Shown: piece by piece, positions 21,001 through 30,413 of the stretch
How the letters are laid out: the number at the start of each line of letters is the position of its first letter
How positions within the stretch are numbered: position 1 is the first letter of the stretch
Assembly: GCA_900128395.1 (NCBI GenBank)
Contig: LT649267.1
Location: 1 to 51,165 of the forward strand
From: Stramenopiles sp. TOSAG23-2
Taxonomy: Eukaryota
Direction: 5' to 3'
Length of the DNA: 51,165 nt
The notes under the pieces: model-generated
What the model was told of the DNA's origin: nothing
The model's database searches: none
What the model saw: only the letters and a program-made list of their open reading frames with translations
Position numbers and translations under genes: made by a program

Positions 21001-21769
21001 TTATAATATTATTAATTAATATAAAAATAAATATATATATATATTATAAAATGTATATATATATACACACACACACACCCTGCAAATATATATATATAAA
21101 TATAATATAATCGTAAGTAATACTAAAATAAAATTGAAAAAGTTCGGAATCCGGATTATCAGACAGAATCAATGCAATGTTGTGTATCTATATCCATCTA
21201 CATCTACATAGTCGTCATTCATTCAAATCATCTTCTGTTTATCAATCTTTTCCTGTTATTAGTAGTATGAAATTAGTATACTAATTTATAGTAATTAAAT
21301 AGGACAATACGGCCGGGTTTGATGGATTTTAATTTTAATAAGATCTGCACATCTGTGTGGCCAAGGATCAATGGAGAGTGCTGTCGTGTGGTCTGGCTGG
21401 TGTTCCGACTATATAATAAGGATCAATGAATAATAAATTCAATAGTAACACGTTGTAAAATATTCCCTTTTTATTTTGAGAACCGTGGTAGACTAGTGCT
21501 AGGATGGTATTAAAGCTATTTGCATGCTAATGCTTTGCACAATTATTATCTTCAACATTTTAATTTCTTCCCGATAAATATTACTAAAAATTGTTTTTTA
21601 TGTGTGTACGGATATACGCACATACTGCTGTGGAAACAATATAACCGTCATTATATATAAATTTTATACGTAAATATAATATTAATTCAATTCTTCTATA
21701 CACATATTTATATAATTATTTATTTCAACCTAAATTAAACCAACAAACAAAAACGGATAAAAAGTACAT

Positions 21770-23395
21770 ATGTTTTTTGGTGGTAGAAGAAGACGAAATC
21801 ATGGAAGATTTGGACGGCCACTTGTATATCGGAGAGGTAGAAGAGGGTTTGATGTAGAAGACGTAGCTGCTGGAATTGGTATTGGTGCAACGATTGCATA
21901 TTTTGCTGGAAGGAACAATAATACACAGGCAAGGCCATATGGAACTTCAGATCGTCGTGTTACAACAGCTCAAATGCCACCTGGCACTAGGATGATGACC
22001 GTCACAGTTCCGCCTGGTGTATCTCCTGGACAAACTATGAGCGTAAACGTGGATGGTCAAATAATGAAAGTGCAAGTTCCTCAGGGAAAATTTTCCGGAA
22101 TGAGATTTCAATTTGCAGTACCAAATACTGCAATGCAACCAGTTCCAATGCCAATGCCCCCGCATCAGCAGCAGCAACAACAATCACATGAAGGTCTTGC
22201 ATTGAATGTGCGTTGCCCTCCAGGCATCAATCCCGGTGAAAATATTGTTATCCAAACTGGACATGGTCCAATGACTGTAACAGTGCCTCAGGGAGTTAGT
22301 GCAGGATCAATGTTTAAAGTTATTGTACCACCATCTACTTCTTCCTCTTTAACGAATAATAGTGGTAGTACTTATCAACCAATTAACATGCAACAAAATG
22401 GTGCGCCACCAATTATACAATTTAATAATACTACGAATAATAATAATTACGGTGGATATCATGCACAAAGTTTAAGAGTGTTGAAACAAAATGAATGGCA
22501 ACCAGATAGCCAGCATAAAATGTGTCAAGAATGCGGGAAATCATTTTCAATGTTTGTTGGCAAACATCATTGTAGATATTGTGGCAGAGTTTTATGTGAT
22601 GCTTGTTCAAGTTTAAAGGTTAAAAATTTGAGAACATGTAAAAATTGTTTTAATGTAGCATATCCACCAAATAACCAAACGATGGCGCAGCCACCAAGGC
22701 CGCCACAGCAGCAACGAACATTAGCACCACCAGCGATGGCAATGCAAAGTGCTCCACCACTGGTAAATAATGTAACCGCATCTGCACCATTACCTGCACC
22801 TACATTAATAAATAATAATAATAGTAATAATAATATGATGATGATGGGAAATGCACCAACAACTAATAACGATAATAACAATCATGCGTTGAATTCTAAT
22901 TTAATAAAGTCAGCCACTTCATTGAGACGTAAATCTTTTGAAGGTGGTGATAGTAATAACAATAACGGTATGAGCGGTATTGTCACCAATAATCAATCGA
23001 TGCCAAGTGCACCATCCATGATGATGGGAAATCCACCAAATAATGATGAAGAAGAACAACAGGATGAAAAAGTAAAAGCGAAAATGGAAATGGAAGCACA
23101 GCAGCAACAATCGGAACAGAATGTACTAGTTACAGCAACAGCTATTCCAGTAAATCATCAAAATAACCACGTAGCACAAAATTTGGTTGTAGTAGAAGCC
23201 GTAGCACTTGACAATAATAATAGTTCCAATGCAACTAATACAACGCCAGTTTATAATAATAATAATAATAATGTTAATATTGGAACAAATGCCATGATGT
23301 ATACTAATAATAATTCATTTAACAACAACAACAACTCCACTTCATATGGACATAGTACAATGAATATGAACAATAATAATGCCAATGGGTGGTAA
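21770..23395 (+). CDS. FYVE zinc-finger protein with N-terminal VTVPPG-type repeats and an N/Q-rich tail (541 aa)
   Basis: WQPD..CQEC..FSMFVGKHHCRYCGRVLCDAC..RTCKNC (~22496-22647). Confidence 0.9.
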   Translation: MFFGGRRRRNHGRFGRPLVYRRGRRGFDVEDVAAGIGIGATIAYFAGRNNNTQARPYGTSDRRVTTAQMPPGTRMMTVTVPPGVSPGQTMSVNVDGQIMKVQVPQGKFSGMRFQFAVPNTAMQPVPMPMPPHQQQQQQSHEGLALNVRCPPGINPGENIVIQTGHGPMTVTVPQGVSAGSMFKVIVPPSTSSSLTNNSGSTYQPINMQQNGAPPIIQFNNTTNNNNYGGYHAQSLRVLKQNEWQPDSQHKMCQECGKSFSMFVGKHHCRYCGRVLCDACSSLKVKNLRTCKNCFNVAYPPNNQTMAQPPRPPQQQRTLAPPAMAMQSAPPLVNNVTASAPLPAPTLINNNNSNNNMMMMGNAPTTNNDNNNHALNSNLIKSATSLRRKSFEGGDSNNNNGMSGIVTNNQSMPSAPSMMMGNPPNNDEEEQQDEKVKAKMEMEAQQQQSEQNVLVTATAIPVNHQNNHVAQNLVVVEAVALDNNNSSNATNTTPVYNNNNNNVNIGTNAMMYTNNNSFNNNNNSTSYGHSTMNMNNNNANGW

Positions 23396-23904
23396 TTTAA
23401 TCGTACTGACACGCACACACACTCGGTTTTTATAAAAAAAGAAGAGACGTATAACTTGGTATATATATTTATTTATAAATATGTTATTTTTTTCTTCCAA
23501 AAAAATTAGAACTATTGACTGATTTCGAGACCAAAAACAAACACCTTAAAATGATCCATCTCGAAAAGTTCTCTCTGTTCATTATTCTAATTATACGAAT
23601 ACTATGAAGTTCTACATTAGCTTGGCATGAGATAAATGGCACGGTTCTTTTCTAACCCGAAAGAGAAATTAAAATTAGTGCTATTGCATGCTAATTGCAC
23701 AATTATCACCAACAAAACAACAATGACATCATGACATCACTGTTCGAACACAACACAAGTACTATATTATACCCATATCAATAATATATATATTTATAAA
23801 TACCTACCACAATTATATATATCTGTGAGGTGTTCCTTTATTGCTATATATATTTCCATCGATAGAAAGAGGAAACAAAGAGAGATAGAGACAAAGTCAA
23901 AACG

Positions 23905-24936
23905 ATGTCGTCATTCTTACAACAACAACAACATATGTTGTCTACCAACACGAATAATACAAGTACATTTCAAAATAGAATGTCGAAAATTTTACAATGC
24001 CCGGTATGTTTAGATACTTTATGTATGCCAGTAACAACGCCATGTGGACATAATTTTTGTGCCGCATGCTTAGACCAGTCGTTGCGAAGGCAAAAACATT
24101 GTCCTATATGTCGATCTGTATGCTCGTTTTCTGTAACCGAGCTTGTTGAAAATAAAATGTTAAGTGAACTATGCGAAAGTTTAGATCCAGTTAAATATGC
24201 AAATAAATTATTAAAAATGAATAAACAAATGAAAGAGTGGAAAAACCAGCTGCCAATATTTTTTTATAATTCATATGAATTTCCAGGCACATTAATAAGT
24301 CTGCATTTATTTGAATCTCGTTATAGACTGATGGTAAAGCGAATAATACACACATCTAGGAAATTTATATTTTTACCTAATTTTACTAGTTATACAGCCA
24401 ATGAGAATGATGTTGGATTATTATGTGAATTGGCAGAATGTCAAATATTAGCAGATGGGCGAGCGATGTTAACTGCGAAATGCATTGGTCGTATAAAAAT
24501 TCTTGAAACCTGGGTCGAAAATGGAACCCAAGGTTTAAGTTATTGTAAATGTGAAGACTATAATGATCTACCATTGGAGGATGGTGACCAAGAAAGAGCA
24601 GTACATGAGATGCGATTAAAAGTTAGCCAACAATTAGTTCAACATCATTCAGATGCCATGAAAGATTTTGCAGTACATCATGGTACTGAGCCAGCTGATG
24701 ATGTTGATTTTTCATTTTGGACAAGTAATTTTCTTAGTCAAGAATTACAAAAAGAAAATTATTTGACCCAATCAACTTATGAACGAATGAAAGCAGTATA
24801 TGATACAGTGATGGGATATGCTTACAAGGAAAAACATTATGATGATAGCATAATGGAAAAAGTGAATAGTAGTAATAATATATATAATATTAATACTACT
24901 CATAATAATAACAACAATAGTAATAAAATGTTTTAG
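23905..24936 (+). CDS. RING finger + LON substrate-binding domain protein (LONRF-like E3 ligase)
   Basis: C3HC4 RING CPVC..PVTTPCGHNFCAAC..CPICR; LON_N motifs LPIF..FPG..LHLFESRYRLMV and DGR. Confidence 0.9.
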   Translation: MSSFLQQQQHMLSTNTNNTSTFQNRMSKILQCPVCLDTLCMPVTTPCGHNFCAACLDQSLRRQKHCPICRSVCSFSVTELVENKMLSELCESLDPVKYANKLLKMNKQMKEWKNQLPIFFYNSYEFPGTLISLHLFESRYRLMVKRIIHTSRKFIFLPNFTSYTANENDVGLLCELAECQILADGRAMLTAKCIGRIKILETWVENGTQGLSYCKCEDYNDLPLEDGDQERAVHEMRLKVSQQLVQHHSDAMKDFAVHHGTEPADDVDFSFWTSNFLSQELQKENYLTQSTYERMKAVYDTVMGYAYKEKHYDDSIMEKVNSSNNIYNINTTHNNNNNSNKMF

Positions 24937-25261
24937 AAGTATCCAGTTGAGTGTGTGTGTGTTTGTGTACATACTGTGCGAGAGAGATGATGTGTATACA
25001 TGCGTGTATGCATATATGATAATGTTTCTTTTGAACGTTAAGTGTGTGTGTGTGTGTACGTTTTTTTAAGCACCCTAGAGGTGTGTGCGTGTGTAGTAGA
25101 GTGTATTTTAAAAGAGTGATAAAAAATTTAAAATTGAAAACGAAAAAAAGAATAAAAAATTTACGACGGTGTACGTAAATATAATACGATTTATGCCACA
25201 GGGTACTGTGTTCCTCTCTTGTACAAAATATGCACGTATATCCATACATATTCGTCTCATC

Positions 25262-28200
25262 TCAACCCATTAATCTTTCAATTGCAAGATTAATATCACC
25301 ATCAACATCCATCAATACAGCAATATTACGATCTATATCAGTCATTCCCATGTCTTGCAATAATGTTAACTGTTCTTCATATAAAATCATTGGATCAATC
25401 GATCCAGACGTTATCGATGAATTAATTGCAAAACTAGGTACACATTTACCCCTCCCTACTTTCCTACCACCACGGCGACGATTATTAGTATTATTATTAC
25501 TTTGCTGACCCCTTGTCGTATTTTCTGGCTCTTCGTCATCCTCATCCTCCTCCTCATCATCATCGCTCATCAATGCTTCCCATGCATTTTCATCTGCATG
25601 ATCCATCAGTGTGGTTCTGACAATACCCATAGGTTTATTAGTACGATTTGATAATTTACGCATACGCTTTAATGCCTCTTCCTTCTCTAACCTTGATAGT
25701 TGCATGTTGACTGCATTTTGATCATCAAAATCGACATTGTTATTATCACCAGAATCATTAAATTCATCTTCCCAGTCACTTGCATCATCATTAAATGCAT
25801 CATAATTATACCCATCACCACGTTTGCCCCCTTCTTCATCATTACCCGATGAATCGTAGGAAGAAGAAGATGCTGATGGTTGTTCTTCATCGCTATCGAA
25901 CCATCCATCACGTACTTTTTTTTTCCTAGTGCGTATTTCATCGTGTTCACGTCGTAATTTATCTTCCATTTTTCGCATCTCAAATTGCTTTCTTCTGTTT
26001 TCCCTTTCCAACACTTTTCTTGCACGTTGTTTTCGCGATATTAAATCTAATTGATGTTGTGCATATGAAATTGGTGCAGGCCACCATTGTGCTTTTTTCC
26101 ATGTAACTGGACCATCACGGCCATGCTTATCAATCAAATGTTGAAAACATTTCCTAGCTCTCATACGAGTAGCAAATTCAACTATTAAATTTCTATCATC
26201 ACATATCCAATTTAAAGTATATTCAGATCGTCTAGACTTCGAACGAAACAAACCATGTACTTGTTCCAATGCCACACGCTGGTTCCCAGGCCCTTCTATA
26301 CCCAATAAAGCAATGCGACCAGCATCTGATTTAAACGTATTATTAACACCTCCAGGTCGATCATTTATATCAACACCTTGACCAAGATCTCCACCATATG
26401 CCAACACAGATCGTGACAATAATAAAAAAGGTATGTGGGGTTCCCCAGATTTAAATACTCTGACATGTCGTTTTGGTTCTGGATCTACTGAAGTTGTCGA
26501 GAATCCCCAATGATTTTGACAATACTCGTGTATAAATGCACGCTGCCGTATTGGCATAGATGCTAACGATGGTTGCAATACTTTAATTCCAGGTCCTTCG
26601 TGAATAAATTGTCGCAAAGAAGATTCAATTTGAAGTAACCAACGCTGTCCCATTGTACGTCCCATGGCTAACATCCAGGGCGAGTATGGACATAAAAACC
26701 CATCTTGTTCCAATGATGAAATTGCATCGTTGTCATAAAGTAAATTATTATTATTATTGCTATTTTCTAATCGGCCTTGTTCTTTTAGTAAATATTCACG
26801 TGGACGCGCTTCACCAAATATTGACGATGTTTTTGTTGTTGCTGTTGTTGTCTTTAATATTGATGCTGCTGCGGCAGAAAAATTCGAAGCACTTGTCTTT
26901 TTATTTACATCGTTGTTATTGTTAATGCTATTTCCATTGACAGGCATTTTTGATTTTGGTTTCAATTTTAATTTTAAACGTTCCGGCCGTTTTGGTGCAG
27001 AGAGTTTTGCTGCTTCCATTTCTTGATTTGCTAGATCAGCTGCAGCTTTTAATGATATGCCACGGGACCACATGTCGCTACTGCTCTTTGTCGAATCAAT
27101 ACTATTATTATTTGCTGAAACATTTGTAGTAGATGGTGGTTTTGATTGAAATGTTGGAAATTCGGCTTGACTTTGGATAAATGGAACACGTCCTGTGCCA
27201 GCTTTAATACCCCATGTTGGAGTTGAAACTGTTTTATTCGTATTATCCTCGCCATTGCTGTTTGTATTGTTACTAGCGTTCAAATTTGCAATGTTGTTGT
27301 TGCGTTGGTTTGTTGTACCATTGTTGTTACTAGTCGCTGATGTACCAGTACCAGATGCTAAAGAAGGAAAATCTTGTTGAAGATTAATTGGACTAGCTTC
27401 CACCCATGAATCATCATCAAACATTCGAACACCTGTAGCTGTATCATATGATACTTCTTCTCTTTCTCTTGCATAACCAGCATTACTATTGTACCTACCA
27501 TTAGTAGTAGTATTGTTGATGTTACCTTGGTAATTATTTCCATTTCCTCTACTATTACCTCTATTTGAAGATCTATGTCTACGAGGGCTGAACACGGATG
27601 ACATGACAGTGGCCGCTTCTCGTTGTAATTGCCTACTTTGCGACCCATTACTGTCCTTCCCAACCACATTTTTATTCAAATTGAACGCTTCTAAAACACG
27701 TAATTGTTTTAATTTATTTTTTTGCAAATAAATATCTAAACGTTGGCATACACGTGATGATATTGGCTCCCGGGATAATGGATTGAAAAATGAGCTAGTT
27801 CCTACCATATATGATGCTAAGCATTGACCGTCAAAAAAATGTTTATGTCCATCCTTACCAATGATTTCAAATGGTGGATATTTTAAAGTTCCCAAAGGTT
27901 CCAATGAAATAGGATCAACTTCAGTCATTGATTTCCACCATTTTTTATTGTTTTTTTTCTTTTTATTTGATTTATCATTATTATTGTTATCGTTACTATT
28001 ATTATTAGTACCATCTTCTTCACCACTGCTGGAACGATTTTGCTTTAATTTTGGGTTTGTATATCCAACTTTTTCTAAAAAATTAGGTTTTAATAATTTA
28101 CCAACGTGAAAACCTTGTATTTTATCATCGTTATTAGTATTATCATCATCATGATTTTCATGTTCACCTGCTTTAACATTTTTTAAATCAAATAATTTCT

Positions 28201-28966
28201 TTAATTTATCATCGCAATTAATCATTAAGCGTCCTTCAATTTTCATTTCTAATTCATTTTCTTTGATATATTTCCAAACTTTTGAAATTGCATCTGGTCT
28301 TGTCATCGGACCATCACCAATTATATTCGTCAAGTTTTCACTTAATTTATAATATGGCAAGCCTTTTACCTTTGATATTGCACGACCCATAATATTTAAT
28401 GGATCAACAGATACTGCAGGTTTTGATGCATCATCAGAAGATTTTTTCTTCGAGGAGGTAGATATTTTAATTTGTGATGGTTGCAATAACATTTTATTAT
28501 TATTATTATTTTTCAATTTTGACTTTTCTTTATTATTACGTGAAAGCCTTTTTTTTTCATTTCTTGGCTCTACTGTAGATTTTAATTGTACATTTGTCTT
28601 GTTCATATTGCGTTTTCGTTTAGTCGTATTATTATCATTGGTTGGTGCAGAAGTAGGAAATGGATTCTTGATTGCAAATGTAGATGGAACAAATGGCTTT
28701 GCTGTAGCTGATAGACTATTTGTATTATTATCATTATTATCAACATCCTTTTGTTCATCACTAGCTTTCTTTTTCTTCTTTTTTGTCTTCTTCTTTTTCT
28801 TTGGATTTTCAACTTTTAATTTCTCGTCCTTGTCGACGGATAATTGTTTTTCAGGAGTTTTCTCCTCTTCTAACTCTTCATCTGTCCATGAAATTACCTG
28901 AAAATCGACATCATTTCCATTTGAAAATAAATATGCATTCCTTTCATTATGCAATAGTTCCGTCAT
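25262..28966 (-). CDS. Multidomain protein (1234 aa): PAM2 - SWIB - U-box/RING-like - eIF4B/H-like motifs - R3H - RRM-like - UBA
   Basis: SLSATAKPFVP (PAM2); LSENLTNIIG..TRPDAISKVWKYIKENEL..INCDDKLKKLF (SWIB); DPISLEPL..HFFD..L..Y..NPLSREPI; SMPIRQRAFIHEY..WGFSTTSVDPEPKRHV (R3H); YEEQLTLLQDMGM..NIAVL..GDINLAIERL (UBA). Confidence 0.85.
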   Translation of the reverse strand: MTELLHNERNAYLFSNGNDVDFQVISWTDEELEEEKTPEKQLSVDKDEKLKVENPKKKKKTKKKKKKASDEQKDVDNNDNNTNSLSATAKPFVPSTFAIKNPFPTSAPTNDNNTTKRKRNMNKTNVQLKSTVEPRNEKKRLSRNNKEKSKLKNNNNNKMLLQPSQIKISTSSKKKSSDDASKPAVSVDPLNIMGRAISKVKGLPYYKLSENLTNIIGDGPMTRPDAISKVWKYIKENELEMKIEGRLMINCDDKLKKLFDLKNVKAGEHENHDDDNTNNDDKIQGFHVGKLLKPNFLEKVGYTNPKLKQNRSSSGEEDGTNNNSNDNNNNDKSNKKKKNNKKWWKSMTEVDPISLEPLGTLKYPPFEIIGKDGHKHFFDGQCLASYMVGTSSFFNPLSREPISSRVCQRLDIYLQKNKLKQLRVLEAFNLNKNVVGKDSNGSQSRQLQREAATVMSSVFSPRRHRSSNRGNSRGNGNNYQGNINNTTTNGRYNSNAGYAREREEVSYDTATGVRMFDDDSWVEASPINLQQDFPSLASGTGTSATSNNNGTTNQRNNNIANLNASNNTNSNGEDNTNKTVSTPTWGIKAGTGRVPFIQSQAEFPTFQSKPPSTTNVSANNNSIDSTKSSSDMWSRGISLKAAADLANQEMEAAKLSAPKRPERLKLKLKPKSKMPVNGNSINNNNDVNKKTSASNFSAAAASILKTTTATTKTSSIFGEARPREYLLKEQGRLENSNNNNNLLYDNDAISSLEQDGFLCPYSPWMLAMGRTMGQRWLLQIESSLRQFIHEGPGIKVLQPSLASMPIRQRAFIHEYCQNHWGFSTTSVDPEPKRHVRVFKSGEPHIPFLLLSRSVLAYGGDLGQGVDINDRPGGVNNTFKSDAGRIALLGIEGPGNQRVALEQVHGLFRSKSRRSEYTLNWICDDRNLIVEFATRMRARKCFQHLIDKHGRDGPVTWKKAQWWPAPISYAQHQLDLISRKQRARKVLERENRRKQFEMRKMEDKLRREHDEIRTRKKKVRDGWFDSDEEQPSASSSSYDSSGNDEEGGKRGDGYNYDAFNDDASDWEDEFNDSGDNNNVDFDDQNAVNMQLSRLEKEEALKRMRKLSNRTNKPMGIVRTTLMDHADENAWEALMSDDDEEEDEDDEEPENTTRGQQSNNNTNNRRRGGRKVGRGKCVPSFAINSSITSGSIDPMILYEEQLTLLQDMGMTDIDRNIAVLMDVDGDINLAIERLMG

Positions 28967-29628
28967 GATACTATGTATTATTTCAATGAATAATATTTTT
29001 CAAATTATTATTATTATATGTAGTGTTTCTTTATACAAGTACGTATGCAAAGAATTAAATGTTATATCTTTGATTTTATTATGCTATATTAAAAAATGTT
29101 TAGCGTCGTCTCTTTCTTGGCTTGTCTTTGTGTTTTTAAAAATTTGCGTCAAATGAAATGAATGTACTATTATTATACATTCATTTTCGATGCGATGTGC
29201 ATGTTTATACGTAGTATTACGTATTTTATCACCACATAATACTGCTGTGCTATGATTTGTGCATTTCAATGATGAGGTCATTTTAATTTATTTTGGAAAA
29301 CCATGGTATTTTCTTGTGGTATTTATATTATAATAGTATTATTAAGGTGCTTCAATGTCTATGAAGGGAAAAATGATTTAGATTCAAACACAACATCGAC
29401 CCGCCTCGAAAAATTTTTTTCATCATCACACCTGGCACACTGGCACACCACATTTTTTTTCACGTCATCTGTTGTTGTGCATCTCTTTCCTCCATATGTT
29501 CAACATTCTTATTATTCTAAGAATAAGAAGTATATATATACAAATTGTACAATGTATATATAATATTTGTTGAATCAAGAAACACACATAATCAAAATAA
29601 ATAAAAAACTAAAACAAACCAAAACAAT

Positions 29629-30300
29629 ATGATGAAATATTTTATTACAATCACATTAATATTTGCAACAATAACATTTGCCACAGTTGAATCCTCAGAA
29701 TGCCCTGATGTACAACCAATGAAAGACTTAAATTTGACCGAATATGGACGTGCAACTTGGTATATACAAGAACAACAAATTAATGGATACCAAAATGCTT
29801 CTTGTCTATTTTGTACTCTGGCAACATACGTCAACGATGGAAAACATGTACCATTTTTCAAAGGAACTGTACTAGGGGTTCATAACTTTGAAAATGTTGG
29901 AGGTATAAACCAAAATATTGAAGGCCCACAAATAGAACTGTGCGCCCGCGTAAAAGACGCTTCCATCCCTGGCGCTTTAGCTGTTGCACCATGTTTTTTA
30001 CCTAATTTTGCTGCTGGTCCATACTGGGTACTTGCAGTTGGTACAAATGATGTAGGTCAGTATACATGGGCCGTAGTTAGTGGTGGTAACCCAACAGTAA
30101 AATATGATGATGGTTGTACAACAAAAGAAACAGGTGTAAATGGTTCTGGTCTCTGGATTTTCACGCGAGCTCCAAAAGGTTCAGATGATGATGTCAATGC
30201 AGCGAAAAAAGCATTAACGGGCTTTGGATATACATTACAAAGATTGAAAAAAGTACAACAAGAGGGATGTACGTACAAAGGTGCTATGATTAAAAATTAA
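29629..30300 (+). CDS. Secreted lipocalin (ApoD/Blc-like)
   Basis: Signal peptide; LNLTEYGRATWY, GPYWVLAV..YTWAVVSGG and GLWIFTR lipocalin motifs. Confidence 0.85.
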   Translation: MMKYFITITLIFATITFATVESSECPDVQPMKDLNLTEYGRATWYIQEQQINGYQNASCLFCTLATYVNDGKHVPFFKGTVLGVHNFENVGGINQNIEGPQIELCARVKDASIPGALAVAPCFLPNFAAGPYWVLAVGTNDVGQYTWAVVSGGNPTVKYDDGCTTKETGVNGSGLWIFTRAPKGSDDDVNAAKKALTGFGYTLQRLKKVQQEGCTYKGAMIKN

Positions 30301-30413
30301 ATTTTTTTATTTTTAATTACACATACTTCGTACATGTTTATATTTTAAAATTACTGTATGCATCTCATGTGCCTCGTATAGTACGAGTAAAAATATTAAA
30401 ATATCACATGTTT

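Noticed and set aside
21270-21287. 18-bp palindrome AAATTAGTATACTAATTT
   Set aside because: Nearly all A/T and seen once; plausible by chance in this composition.
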